Shown one piece after another: positions 37,053 through 49,514 of a stretch of 64,000 nt of DNA. Below the pieces are notes generated by a model. The model made no database searches. It saw nothing but the letters and a program-made list of their open reading frames with translations, and was not told the origin of the DNA. Source of the stretch: Squalus acanthias (Eukaryota); NCBI GenBank assembly GCA_030390025.1, contig CM059452.1:8370001-8434000 (forward strand), given 5' to 3'. The stretch's first letter is position 1. The number at the start of each line of letters is the position of its first letter. A program made the position numbers and the translations under genes.

Positions 37053-37232
37053 GGGTTGGGTTAACCCAGAGATACAGCTTGTTTCCTTAGTTCGACAGGA
37101 AGAAACCTCTGCGTTGGACAAGAAGCGAGAGTTTGTCTCCTTGTTAATTACCCTGAATATAGTATCTGTGTCCTGGTTCTAACCCGACCTCTGTGTACAT
37201 TTCTTTCAGCCTCCTCTTCATCTGATCGGACA

Positions 37233-37566
37233 ATGCTCCGGATTTACAGAGTTTCCCTGCTGATTTACACTCTGATCTGCACGGATGTGAGCGGTGAAGA
37301 TGAGGTGGAGCAGCTCCCTCGGCGGGTGGTTGTTAGTGAAGAGGGAATCGTGTCCATCAACTGCTCCGCTACCGCTGGGTTTAACGTCCTGCACTGGTAC
37401 AGACAGAACCCGGATCAGACCCTCCAGCATCTGGTGATGGCCACAAGCGGGACCGATCAACACGGGAGGATCACTGCTTCAATCGGGGGAGGCAATAAAC
37501 TCAGTGCCCTGACTGTGAGAGACGCGCGAGTGACAGACAGCGCCACCTATCTCTGCGCCGTGAGCC
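37233..37566 (+). CDS. TRAV: TCR alpha/delta V gene V16, single-exon leader+V, apparently functional
   Basis: Continuous ORF MLRIYRVSLLIYTLICT-DVSGEDEVEQ..INCSATAGFNVLHWYRQ..DSATYLCAVS; RSS cacagtg 37567-37573, 23 bp, acagaaacc. Confidence 0.93.
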
Positions 37567-38393
37567 CACAGTGTGACAAACAGGCGGAGAGTCCGCACAG
37601 AAACCTGCCCCGAGGGGGAGCGCCGCTCTGCTGTGTTTGGAGTAACGGATTGGGAGGGGCCCGGTTATAATAATCGGAGGACAGAGGGAATGAACACAGA
37701 AAAATAATAGGAAATAGAGAAGAGAGAGTTAAAGAAATTCTGAAATGAAGAGATTTTGAAACACAGACAGAGGAAAACAAAGCGAAGGCACGAAAGAAAG
37801 AATGAGAGAAAGAGAAAAATCAATGTAATAATACGTGTAGTGGACAGCAAATTAGGAAAGGAGGGAAAAAGAAATGAAAGAAAGTGAGAAATAATGAGTG
37901 AGAAACATAAATCTTAAAGTTAAGAGAAAGCCATAAAGAAAGAGATTCAGAAATAAAGTAAAATTTCCCTTCCCTTTAAGCTCATTCATATTATCCTTCC
38001 ACCTATTTCACAGTTAATTTGTCTTAACCGCCTCTCCCAAAACCCGGACGCTGGAAAGTTCGCCAGAGATAAACTCACACTTTACTCAATCTATTATCCT
38101 GACAGTGTAAAGTTCTCAGAGTGACCGCCAGAGGGCGCCGTGGTCACATGTTTCTGGCCGTTACCAACTGGAAATGATGGAGACAAAGCTTGCAGTAACA
38201 CTGCCCGCGGCAGCCCCGCCCACAGCTTCCGTCTGCTGCTCTCGCTTTAACCCGCCTTCTGTTATCGGAGAGCTTACTGCCTCTGTTACTTTTTTGGCAT
38301 TGGTTGGATCAGCAGTGCAGTGCGGCGGGGATCTGTATTTCTGCTCCGACAGAGGATTTCCAGGACTGCAGAGTTACAGACTCAGGGAGCGTC

Positions 38394-38857
38394 ATGTGGA
38401 ACCGCCTCGCACCGCTCCTCATCATTATATCACTTCTCAGTAAGTATTTCCTCCCCAGTTAAAACCCATTCTCCCCCTGACGGCTGTAACTCAGCTGTGA
38501 TAATTGGTTAAATGATCCTCATGGTGATGACTATTACTATTATTTTATATTAGAATGGAGCCAGCAAGACGCAGTGGAACAGCCGGTTTCTGAAATAACG
38601 GTTGAAGAGGAAAGTAATGTCACATTAAACTGCACCTTGAAAACAACCGCTCCTAACCCTTCTGTGTACTGGTACAGTCAGCACCCCGGGCAGCCTCCAC
38701 AGTACGTGTTTTATCTCTATGCAGGAATAGTAAACAGGAACCCTGAATTCACTGACCGATTCTCTTCTACTTTTAATAAAAGCAGCAAGATTACCGAGCT
38801 AACGATCAGTAATGCCCTGATCTCGGACAGCGCCGTGTATTTCTGTGCCATGAGCCC
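38394..38857 (+). CDS. TRAV: TCR alpha/delta V gene V17, apparently functional (QDTVEQP family)
   Basis: Leader 38394-38439; V exon 38554-38857; RSS cacactg 38858-38864, 24 bp, acaaaaacc 38889-38897. Confidence 0.95.
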
Positions 38858-38921
38858 CACACTGCTGCAGAGATATAGCGGAGCCCGTACAAAAACCCAC
38901 ACTGAGAGTTGCAGTTAGTGC

Positions 38922-38936
38922 TCACCAGAGGGCGCT
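38922..38936 (+). promoter_or_regulatory. CTCF-binding motif 24 bp 3' of the V17 nonamer
   Basis: tcaccagagggcgct. Confidence 0.6.
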
Positions 38937-40320
38937 CTCACACCGATAAACACGCGATAATTCAGCCTCCACAGTGAGAGTCACAGGGACCTTCTAAATG
39001 TCGACAAAACACAACAGTCCACATGAAAAGGTGAAGTCCACTGGCGGAATTACATTAGTTGGTGATTTCAAAATGCTAAAAATGAAATTCACAAATCCAT
39101 CTGTAGTTCCTGAACACACCTTTTGTCTTTCTATGCACTTTCCGTGCCTGCCTGTCCTTTCTCATCCCCTGTCTCCACTCTTTACCTATAATCGTATGAA
39201 CTTTCTTCTTCCAATCTGTCGTTGAACGATGTAAAACGTTTGCTGCTGCTCGGCATATTAATTCAGAACCGCTCCAACCCAGCTTCCCATAACCAGGAAT
39301 TGCAGACAGTTCAGTGAATACACACAGGATTCCTCACACCCTGTCCACCGACATCTGAGCAGTTCTCAGAATATCCACCAGAGGGCGTCAGCTCACAATA
39401 TCCTTTGTTTGGCTCAGACCCCGGGCAGTGAGTTAAATGCTGTTTCGCCAACAGTTTTGTATATTTTGGAATGAACTGAAGATTAATGTTTGAAATCCAC
39501 AATGGGCTGGGTCGGTACATCGGGCAATAATCATCACAAAAAGACATCCATCATATCGAAGGATTGAATTTTGATACTAACCAGTGGGCAGGACAAGAGA
39601 GTGGAAGGATGTGGAAGATGGGGAAAGCAATAGTAAAATGTGAATGAAAGACACACCCTGAGATCTGATTTCTGAAGCCATTAACTGTACTGATGCTGGA
39701 AATCGATGTTAAAGGGGCGAAAAACAAATCGAAACTGCCTGTATTGTGTTTCTTTTTCTGCTCCTCATCATTTGTTAATATGCGAGATAGTTGTCAGGAC
39801 AGTTTTTCATGCCCTGCTGATGTTGAGCTCTTGGTAACGAGAGCATGCACCTCACCCTGGGGGCTTAGAACCCGCTCCCCGCGCTCTGCTCCCGGGCACT
39901 TTATACAGATGAGCGGTAAATTCCTGAAAAGCACCGCTCGGCTGTTCCCTCCATTCTCTCTCATTGGTAATCAAGAATCTGAAGATTATGGATCTTTAAA
40001 TAAATCATTACAGACAGAAAGAAGGTCAGAACTTAACAGATAGAATTTAAACAGCATTTTAATACAAACCACAGAAGGGGACAGTTCTTGAAACTCTGTT
40101 TAAATTACAGGGAGAGTTTATTCTTTAATCTGTTCAGTTGTTTGTTCAGTAACAGCAGACGTCATCATTCTAATATCAGGGATCTATAAATCATTCCGAC
40201 AACATTGTTATTTCACCAGTGAACTGACCCGGGAGGGGAAAGGTCACTGGAGTCACGGTTAACAGTGTCCTGACGGTAAAACTAACGGAATTATAGAGAA
40301 TGAATTGACCCTGGAATAAA

Positions 40321-40744
40321 TCTATACTCTCTGAAGTTTAGAAGAACGAGAGGTGATCTGATTGAAACATATAAGATTGCAAAGGGGATTGACAGGGTAG
40401 ATGCTGAGAGGTTGTTTCCCTCGGCTGGAGTGTCTAGAACTAGGGGGTATAGTCTCAGGATAAGAGGTCGGCTATTTAAGACTGAGATGAGGAGGAATTT
40501 CTTCACTCAGAGGGTTGTGAATCTTTGGAATTCTCTGCCCCAGAGGGCTGTGGATGCTGAGTCTTTGAGTATATTCAAGGTTGAGATAGATAGATTTTTG
40601 GACTCTAGGGGAATCACGGGTTATGGGGATCGGGCGGGAAAGTGGAGTTGAGGTCGATGATCAGCCATGATCTTATTGAATGGCGGAGCAGGTTCGAGGG
40701 GCCGTAGGGCCGAATCCTGCTCCTATTTCTTATGTTCTTATGTT
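40321..40744 (+). mobile_element. CR1 LINE 3' fragment
   Basis: FKTEMRRNFFTQRVVNLWNSLP and (ttcttatg)n tail. Confidence 0.9.
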
Positions 40745-41416
40745 AACCAAACCCATTAATAATCCTGCGCTTCCCGGTTACAAGACCTAGACATGGGTTT
40801 CATTCCCACCCTGGACTCTAAATGAGAGACCATTCTCCTATAAGGACACAGACAGCAGCCCAGCTCGGCTGTCAGAAATGTCTCACACACAATCCAGATG
40901 CTGAGAAGCTGCATTGCTGCTGTCCGCTCTGTAAGAGAAAGGCTGGATATCAGCTGTTACTGCTGTGGGGCACATTTCCGGAGCTTCCATCCATTCTGGA
41001 AGGAAAGGGTTTATCAGACTGTCCTGGGTATGTTGACTCCTTTGTGAGGTACAGTTGAAGAGCCTCCATACATTCTGTAAGGAAAGGGTTATATAGAGTT
41101 TGACTTGGTTCCAAACTCCCAGCGCCAGGAATGTCCCTTTAGAGAGTCACTATCACAAAGGGATGGGGTTCACCTCACTTCCCTCCACAAGGAGGAGAGG
41201 AACTTGCTGGTCATTAGACCACTGACATGTCCGGATGTGAACCGCTGGTGAACAATGTCCATTTCCAACCAATCCAAGAGCAGCAAACCCACGTGACTGA
41301 GCCTTTAACTGGGCGGCGCTGACTTTAATCAGCCGCCTGTTCAATGTCGTCACTCGGTTCGGGGTCTTCTGATGCGAGCTGTCTGCCGCTTTCCTCTTGA
41401 CATTGTAATTACAAGG

Positions 41417-41848
41417 ATGTATTACTCGGTACAAGTGAATGTATCACTCGTTATTCTGGTGCTGCTACCATGTAGGTACAGGAGCTGTGCTCAATAACCC
41501 GCAGTGTTTGTTTTATTCACGTTGCTCCAGGTGTTTTATTATCTGAATGTTTTTACAGGTCGATGTCTCTCGGACCGAGTGCTGCAGTCTCCCGCTGCGA
41601 TAACAGTCCGGAGCGGGGATTCGGTGCAGATAAACTGCAGCTATGACATGTCCAGCATTTACGCCATGCACTGGTACAAACAGAGACCCAGTCAGGGACT
41701 GGAGTGGGTAATAAGGCGAATATCAGCTGGCAAAGAGAGAAGGGACCGATTTGATTTGGATCTTTCCACTGCGGACAAACGCGGCCAATTGGTCATTGAG
41801 AGCACGGAGAGCGCGGATACCGCGGTGTATTACTGTGCGATAAAGCCG
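41417..41848 (+). CDS. TRAV: TCR alpha/delta V gene V18, apparently functional
   Basis: Leader 41417-41471 MYYSVQVNVSLVILVLLP; V exon 41559-41848 (..INCSYD..MHWYKQRPSQGLEWV..DTAVYYCAIKP); RSS cacactg 41849-41855, 23 bp, acaaaaacc. Confidence 0.93.
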
Positions 41849-44149
41849 CACACTGAGAGGAAACGCGGCAGTCACTGTACAAAAACCTCCCTCCTGTTTA
41901 CAGTCCCGTAACAGCTGCAGCAATCTCTCCAAAAACACAGGGCTGGCAAGGCGGGTCAGAGCGAGAGCAGCGAACGGAAGCTGTGGGCGGGGCTGCCGCA
42001 GGCAGTGTGACCGCAAGGGTTGTCTCTATAATTTCCAGTTGATAGCGGGTTTGATCAGAGATACTGACAGTCACAGCATAAAGTATCGGCCTGTGGAGCC
42101 GTCACTCAGTGAGTGCATTCCTTGGTGTGAGGAAAACTTCAGCATTGCTTAATTGTGGGATTATATTCACCGGGGCCGAATCTGTCACACTGAGTGTTTA
42201 TTTTATGCCGGTGTGTGACGACTCATCGAGAGCATTAACTTCATTCTCCTGTAACATTCGTGTTTACACCGAGGTGTCCACACTGTGGTTGAGATTTCCT
42301 CTGGTCGCTATTTCTAACGAAATAATGAACGCATTCTAAAAGAATGAGATTGCGATTTCGTTAAAACAATTTCAGAGGAGAATTCCACAGAGAGACCAGA
42401 GGAAATCTTCCCCTTGTGTGGCCCCATCAGAAGGTTAATCAAACCCGACCCTCGTCAACCACCTCAGTCTGATTACTGACAGTGAGTGAAATAAACTGAA
42501 CATCTTCATCTACATTCAAACCGATATATTGTCATTTCGAGATAATATCTAACCGCCATCATCCGACTGTGTTGGCAATAGCTCGGAGGGGAATAGGAGC
42601 CCCTTCCCTAAATATCTGCTGAACCCGTTAGATTAAAGTCTGCCTGAAACTAACAGGAGGCGCGGAAATTAATCACACGGGGAGGAAATGGTGGTTGTTC
42701 GCAGTCAACATCCTTTCTCCTCTGGTTCACAGCAACACGTTTCGAGTAAGCACGAGACTCCGTAGTGGAGTACACGGAACAGACCTTATTGCTGCACAGT
42801 GAAGGTGATCGGTCTTTAACTGTATACAGAGAGTGACTGTTTCGGTTTCAGTATCTTTCGAGTACACGCTGAGATACTGTTGAAAACCATGATCCTTTGT
42901 ACACCATATTTGACTACATCAAAGGAAAATGTCATAGATAAGCCTGTATGACGTATCTATTCCCAGACCCTTTGAAAACGGAATATTCATCGAAACAGTT
43001 TGTTGTTTGTTTAATTCATAACTACGTCCCTTAAACAAGACTTCTTGACAGAACATTTGCTAGCATCTTTGAAGTAAATACTCTACCAACTGCTCTCTGT
43101 AGCTAATGTTGCCTTTCTAACCATGTTTATTACCCTAAAACTAAACCACTCATGGGTGACGTCATTACTATCACTTATTCCCTTACACAAGCACTTTACA
43201 TCTCAGAAACAAAGCACTGCATTCTTTTTACGACTCTTCAAAGTATCCTGTTTATATATTGAAAGCCTGGAAGCTTGTTAATCCAAGATACAAAGAAGTT
43301 CGACTGTTAACCCGTAACTCCCCAAGATGTCCAACATACATCTCTCCAGGCTGTCCAACAGTGGTTAGTGACACGGGAGAAACTCCTCACTCGGGTTACA
43401 AAATTGTCCCTCTGAGTGTGTCGTCCATTACATATTTTAATATATAAGAGATTTTTTTCAAACTGCAGCTTTACAAAACTACCAAAAATGTCACTTTGCA
43501 GTTGCTTTAAGATTTGCAGTATAAGGAAATCATTCATAAGAGCGGTGGAGAGAGATTGTGACGGTGAAAGCAAGACAGAACAAGCGGGAGGGGAGGTATT
43601 TTACTGAACACCAGGAACACAACACAAATATAAACAGGTTTGAAATGTTGATGGTTTTCGACATATCATGAATAACATGGGACTAAGTGCGAAGGAAGCA
43701 GCGAGAAACATATGAGCACGGCGCCCTCTGGCGGATATAATGGGAACTTTTACACTTTTGAGATCCTGGGTGAAAACAGACAGTCAGTGTATCTATGGGC
43801 AGTTTCCAGTGCTCATTTATAGCGAGATGTGTTGCGGTGATGCTGATGGCGAATGTAGAGCCTTTTACATCAACACTTACAGCGACAGAAACATTAATCA
43901 GATGAATTCGAGCTCGGAAATTGACAGCTTGCGCTCGCAGATTTAACCCTTTCTGATCTGAAAAAAACAACAACTCACAACCCACATTCACAACAACTGA
44001 CTTTCATTTCCTTTCAGTTCTACTGGTGCCAGATGCTCGTGACCTTTGTGCACAGGCTCCAGACAGTCAGTATGTTTTTCCTCCTGTATTTCCCGGTGTC
44101 CAGTGATTCCTTTCTCTGTGTCTCCGCACTGTGGGAACCCGAATACAAA

Positions 44150-44217
44150 CCGGATTCGAACCCGGGTCCCTGGCGCTGTGAGGCACCAGTGCTAACCACT
44201 ATGCCACCGTGCCGCCC
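44150..44217 (-). mobile_element. tRNA-derived SINE head (HE1-like)
   Basis: gggcggcacggtggcatagtggttagcac..gggttcgaatcc contains pol III A and B boxes. Confidence 0.7.
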
Positions 44218-44319
44218 TGGTTCCCTGCTCAGGGAAAACAAGCGACCGAGGCCCAGACAGGCCGCTGTCCATCTGTCTCTCAGTCATCAGCCTGGTTACC
44301 TCTAGGAAAGACTTTCACT

Positions 44320-44512
44320 NNNNNNNNNNNNNNNNNNNNNNNNNNNNNNNNNNNNNNNNNNNNNNNNNNNNNNNNNNNNNNNNNNNNNNNNNNNNNNNNN
44401 NNNNNNNNNNNNNNNNNNNNNNNNNNNNNNNNNNNNNNNNNNNNNNNNNNNNNNNNNNNNNNNNNNNNNNNNNNNNNNNNNNNNNNNNNNNNNNNNNNNN
44501 NNNNNNNNNNNN
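44320..44512. other. Assembly gap (N run)
   Basis: About 193 N. Confidence 1.
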
Positions 44513-44782
44513 GTATAATTACAATACAACTGAACATCGTCTCCTTCATTTACTGTGGATGCAGCCGGTGTCTGTGAACCGGAGTCTCCTCGCCCATGTC
44601 CTGCAAGAGCCCAGAGCGATATTAAATTAAACAATGTCACTTCACTGTGTTTACCGCCCAGAATCAGCCCGTCACCCCCAACACTTACCTGTGAAGCAAA
44701 TCAGGGCAGTTGAACATAAATATATATCCCCACAGCTCAGGGGCTGCTCACGGGATGGCGCTGGGATCGACTGAATAAACAT
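44513..44782 (-). CDS. TRAV: TCR V gene V19 (V2 paralog), partial; runs into the gap
   Basis: V exon from 44600 GHGRGDSGSQTPA..LYCNY; leader ..LCSTALICFT with donor at 44688, nearest in-frame ATG at 44782. Confidence 0.7.
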
Positions 44783-45151
44783 CCTTTAATTAACCTTCAG
44801 CACCTTCCAACGGGATCAGTTCCTCACCTTCACCTCTTGTGATGTGAAGGGAAAACTCCAAACTGTCTGTGGGTTTAAGACTCGTGTGTCTGTCAATGTC
44901 CGTCATTGACGCCGACGGGCTTGTCTGTCTGCCATTCGCCTGTAATCTCACCTCAACTCATCCGCTTTCATTCACTGAGGGAGTTTGTCGAGTTTCCCCA
45001 AACAGTGTTCAGTGTTGAGTCAAGGTGGATCCTGATGGTTTTCTTCACTTCGGATCAACCTATTGATATTCATGTGTTCAGGGAACTGACCGATTAAATA
45101 TAATGTATGATACAGATGTGAAACACAGTGTTGTGTAACTTGTGAACTTAT

Positions 45152-45203
45152 CAGTTAAGAGAGCTGCAGCTGTGACGAATAAATAAAAAGTAACACCCAA
45201 CAT
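45152..45203 (-). pseudogene. Orphan MLGVTF-type leader with mutated donor (GT>AT)
   Basis: Homologous to 2222-2273 and 47721-47772; CRE at 45447-45454 upstream. Confidence 0.75.
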
Positions 45204-45619
45204 GTTTGCAGAGAGTTGGTGGTGGATTTGAACAGAACGGTTTGAAGCTGAAATTGTCTTGTCAAGAATTGGGAAGATGTTGAGTAATATCCGGTCTCTC
45301 TGCTGTTTGGTCCGTTCCCGACAGAGTCAGCAGATCACATCCAATCAGCTCTCGGTCCTTTGTTCTCCAATTTATCCAATCAGTTTGCAGCTCCTTTGTT
45401 TTCCTATTCAACCAATCAGCTCACAGCTACTTTGTTCGCCAATTCATGACGTCAGAGCGGGGATCAGAGAACGGAGTGAAATTGTTCTCCTCAGAACTGG
45501 ACGAGGATTAAAGCCAATGTTCGCCCTTTAGCAGCGTCAGTCTGTGAGATGGGGCCAGTGACCAATAGTTGATGTTGTTCTGGTATCAGAGCCGGAGACT
45601 CCCATCTAAACCAGACACC

Positions 45620-45985
45620 ATGCGCTCCCCATGTTTCTTACTGATAATAATGGTCGTGCTGCCCGGTGAGTCTATGTTTAAAATATCGTATGTATTTCAT
45701 GGGTTATATTTACTCCCAGACTTCTGACAGATTCAGTATTTTGTTACAATGGCGAAGCCTCATTTTCCCAGGATCCACCTGAATTAACGGTTCAGGAAGG
45801 ACAGATCTTAATACTGAACTCTAGTTACTCCACAGCCGATAGATTTCCCTACCTCTTCTGGTACAACCAGTATCCCCGGGGAAGATCCGAGTTATTTAAT
45901 GAGGAGATACAGCTCGGGGCAGGGAGACAAGTCTCCAGATTTCCCAGACCGGTTCTCCGCTGATTTGGGCAAAGACACAGACACA
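45620..45985 (+). pseudogene. TRAV: TCR V pseudogene V20 (SQDPSEL family, V10 paralog), acceptor deleted and 3' truncated
   Basis: Leader 45620-45665; same truncation point as V10. Confidence 0.88.
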
Positions 45986-46142
45986 AATACAACTCGTTGA
46001 AATAGAAACCTGGCTGTCTTTAGTCTCCGTGGGTTTGGGATCAAATTAACCCCACAGAAAGCAGCACAAAAGAACACTTAATGGAGCTGTAAATTCTCGC
46101 TGAGGTTTTTGTCCGGGGCCTTTGCTTTTATCTGACGCTGTG

Positions 46143-46660
46143 CCTCACTGCACAGTAATAGACCGCTCCGTCCTCCACACTCAGGCTGCTTATATTGAGG
46201 TAACCGTACTTTCTAGACGTATTAGCAGCTGCCAGATATTGTCCTGAGATTTCGTCTCCTTCAGTGCTACCACTTTGCTAATTATCCAGCTTGGTGGCTG
46301 TGCCGATTTCTGCCGATATCATTGCATGTAGTCAATATCCGGGCTTTTATTTTCACAATCTAACTGCACCGAACCCCCTGTTGACACGGCAATTGTCACC
46401 GGAGACTGAGTTACTGGATCTGCACACAGCCCGCCTGTGAAGATAGGGGAACAGAAGAGCAGAAGATTAAATCGAAACTTGTGTCTATCTGTATGAGAGT
46501 GGGTAACCCTCCATCTACACAGCTGTCGATCATATGGACATTTCTGATCGGTAATTGCACTAAATCCCTGCACACGCTCTTTGCATCAACCAGCTAACCT
46601 GTGTTTTAAATATAATCCAATACTTACTGTTCAACACAGCCGCCAGTATTATTAGAAATT
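46143..46660 (-). pseudogene. TRAV: TCR V pseudogene V21 (GLCADP family, V9 paralog)
   Basis: Leader ATG lost; V exon 46434-46143 with conserved Trp mutated to TGA; RSS cacagcg 46142-46136, 23 bp, acaaaaacc intact. Confidence 0.9.
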
Positions 46661-46693
46661 GACTGATTCTCTCACAGTGACTTGGAATTGAAT

Positions 46694-47078
46694 GAACATA
46701 AGAACATAAGCAATAAGAGCAGGAGTAGGCCATTCGGCCCTTCGAGCCTGCTCCGCCATTCAATGAGATCATGACTGATCTTCTGCCTCAATTCCATTCA
46801 CCGGCCCTAGCGCCATATCCCTTGATGCCCTTACTAGTCAGAAATCTATCGACTTCTGTTTTGAATATACCCAATGGCTGAGCCTCCACAGCCCTCTGGG
46901 GTAGAGAATTCCAAAGATTCACCACCCTCTGTGTGAAGAAATTTCTTCTCATCTCAGTCCTGAATGGCCTAACCTTTATCCTGAGGCTGTGGCCCCTGGT
47001 TCTAGACTCCCCAGCCAAGGGAAACATTCTCCCAGCATCCACCCTATCAAGCCCTGTAATAATTTTGTATGCTTCAAT
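46694..47078 (-). mobile_element. CR1 LINE 3' fragment
   Basis: FRTEMRRNFFTQRVVNLWNSLP and tail. Confidence 0.9.
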
Positions 47079-47720
47079 GAGGCAGAGATTGAGAAGGAGA
47101 GCGGTAACCCGGGCTGTTCAGCTCATTGTTCCACCCACACACTGCAGGGGGCGTCCCCATTGTGACCTCATTCAGGCTTCGATTGCTGTTGGCCTTGGCG
47201 TTTACATCACATGACTTTCTAATGATCATTCTTGAGTTTGTCGCCCTCTGCTGGCGCATTGTATTACCTAAGCCTTAGAATGAGGTCATTGAGGAGATTT
47301 AAGGTTTTTGGTCATGTATAAAAACACGATTGCCAGCTATTGGCTCTCAAAGATCAAGATTATAGCTGATTAAAGCCGCTCATTATTTCTGATGCGGTAT
47401 AATCCCTTAATTACGCACTCACTCTATTTCTCCCAGTCGCTTGTTCAGTCAGCAAGAGCATTTTGACCACAGACGTCATGAAGTGACGAACAAAGGAGCT
47501 ATGAGCTGATTGGATGAATTGGAGAACAAAGTAGCTGTGAGTTGATTGGAAGAATTGGAGTAAAAAGGAACTGTGAGCTGCTTGGATCTCACCTGTTGAC
47601 TCTGTCAGGAATGAACCAATCGGCAGAGACGCGATATCATTCAACACCTTCCCAAGTCTTGACTAAAATATTTCAGGTTTAACCCGTTCTGTTCAAATCT
47701 GTTATCAACTCTCTGCAAAC

Positions 47721-48248
47721 ATGTTAGGAGTTACTTTTAATTCATTCGTCACAGCTGCGGCTCTCTTAACTGGTAAAGTTTACAAGTTACACAATCTCCC
47801 TCTTGCACGTATCACTGCCATAGAGAATCTTCCTTTTAACTGTATTTTCCCTCTATTTCCTGTATGTTCCGTCACCTTGATGCTATCAGTTATAATAAAA
47901 TGATAAGAAAGTTTAAAGTTGTGTATTTCTATATTTCTGCGGTGTTAGTTGTGCGGACTCGGTCTCACAGGGGCCGCTTGCAGCGATGCAGTTTGAAGGA
48001 GACTCGGTGACCAGTAATTACAGCTATTCGACCACTGCTCCTTCACATTCCTTACAACTGTACCGTCAGGACCGCGACAAAGGGCCAACATTGCTGATCT
48101 ACAGTCCTTCTTCGGGAGATGTTTTCAAAGCAGAGGACAGGGGGGCTCGAATTTCCGCATTTCACGACATTTCAGAAAGTGAGGGGAATTTCACCATCCG
48201 CGGCCTACGGCTGTCTGACAGCGCGGTGTATCACTGCGGGCTGAGAGA
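47721..48248 (+). pseudogene. TRAV: TCR V pseudogene V22 (acceptor lost; first Cys replaced by Tyr)
   Basis: Leader 47721-47772; exon from about 47942 ..DSVSQGP..SNYSY..LQLYRQ..DSAVYHCGLR; RSS cacagtg 48249-48255, 23 bp, acaaacaca. Confidence 0.88.
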
Positions 48249-49038
48249 CACAGTGACAGGAACCAGAGGGAGCCCCGTACAAACACACTGCCGGAATGTG
48301 ACAAGGACAACTGGATAGCGGGCAGTGTGGGGAGAAACGGGGACTGTCAGTACTTCTCACAGGAGAGTGTCCGTGTAAAAACTGACAAATCAATCGCTAT
48401 CCAACTAACAGTACAGAACATGAAACATCATGTTTATTATTAATAAAAATAATCGTGTTGCTAATTTGATAATAAGGTATTCGATGGGACGGTGCTTCCA
48501 ATCCCTGTTCATGTAATGGGCACCTCAACTTTCAAACATAGTGAAACAAATATAAACCAGTTCTCATTCTGTGTCAGAATCGCACTCAGACCTGGCGCTC
48601 CAGTCGGCAGGAAATGAACTGAACGGAGGGAACACATTCAGTGACGATGTAATAAACCATTGAGAAGTCAAAACACCTTCAGAACAAAGAAGTCTCGGCT
48701 GAACTCTGACCCCGCGAGACTCCCATTCCCCAGCTGGTGCGCAAACTCAGAGAAAACTGTCCAGAAAACAGGCAAAAGAGCAACAGCCAATAGTCTGAAG
48801 ATGAAGGTGGCAGTGATTCAGGAGAGACAGTTCCCAGTGAGTAACAGGGAAAACAACGCGGAAACTGCACAGACTGAACCCAACCGACAAATGAGAGACT
48901 TTGGGAACAGTTCTCAGGATGGCCGGAACCGCAAACAGCACAAAGTGAGCCTTATATCCGGCTTCAGCAGGCGGAGCCTCTGATCTACAAAGCGGCGGGA
49001 GTTTCTGTACCAGGGTTTAACTGGTTTCCATCAGTGTG

Positions 49039-49514
49039 GTCTCAGGGCGCAGTAATAAACTGCAGCGTCGGTCAGCTGCAGCCCCGAGATGGTTAAACTG
49101 GTGAATTTAGTCCAGGTCTGGATTTCTGCAGAGAAACGGGTTTTATCAAAATCTGCTTTATGCTCAACACCATCAACACCATCATGATCCTTCCACAGAA
49201 TAAACTCGGGCTGTGTGTCTGGGTGGTTCCGGTACCAATATAAATAATTAAAGGTGCTCCATTTTGTGTCGTAGCTACAGTTTACAGTCACCGCTTCTCC
49301 TTCTGTCTTAACTCCTGAGGACAGCGGCTGAGTGACAGAATCTCCAAGACTCAGATCTGAAAAACATGTTCAAACTTGAAAAGATCACCCCGGCGGGTGT
49401 TTAAAATTCAGAGTCAAACCATGTTTAGAAATGATAGAAAAGATGAAATGTGTTTGGTCCACAATTACCTGTCAGAAATGCTCCCCACACAGCCCAGATG
49501 CTGAGTAGCCGCAT
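49039..49514 (-). CDS. TRAV: TCR alpha/delta V gene V23, apparently functional (MRLLS family)
   Basis: Leader 49514-49469; V exon 49356-49039; RSS cacactg 49038-49032, 23 bp, acagaaact. Confidence 0.95.

Noticed and set aside
44150-44217. tRNA gene
   Set aside because: A and B boxes are present but there is no full cloverleaf or terminator; it matches a SINE head.
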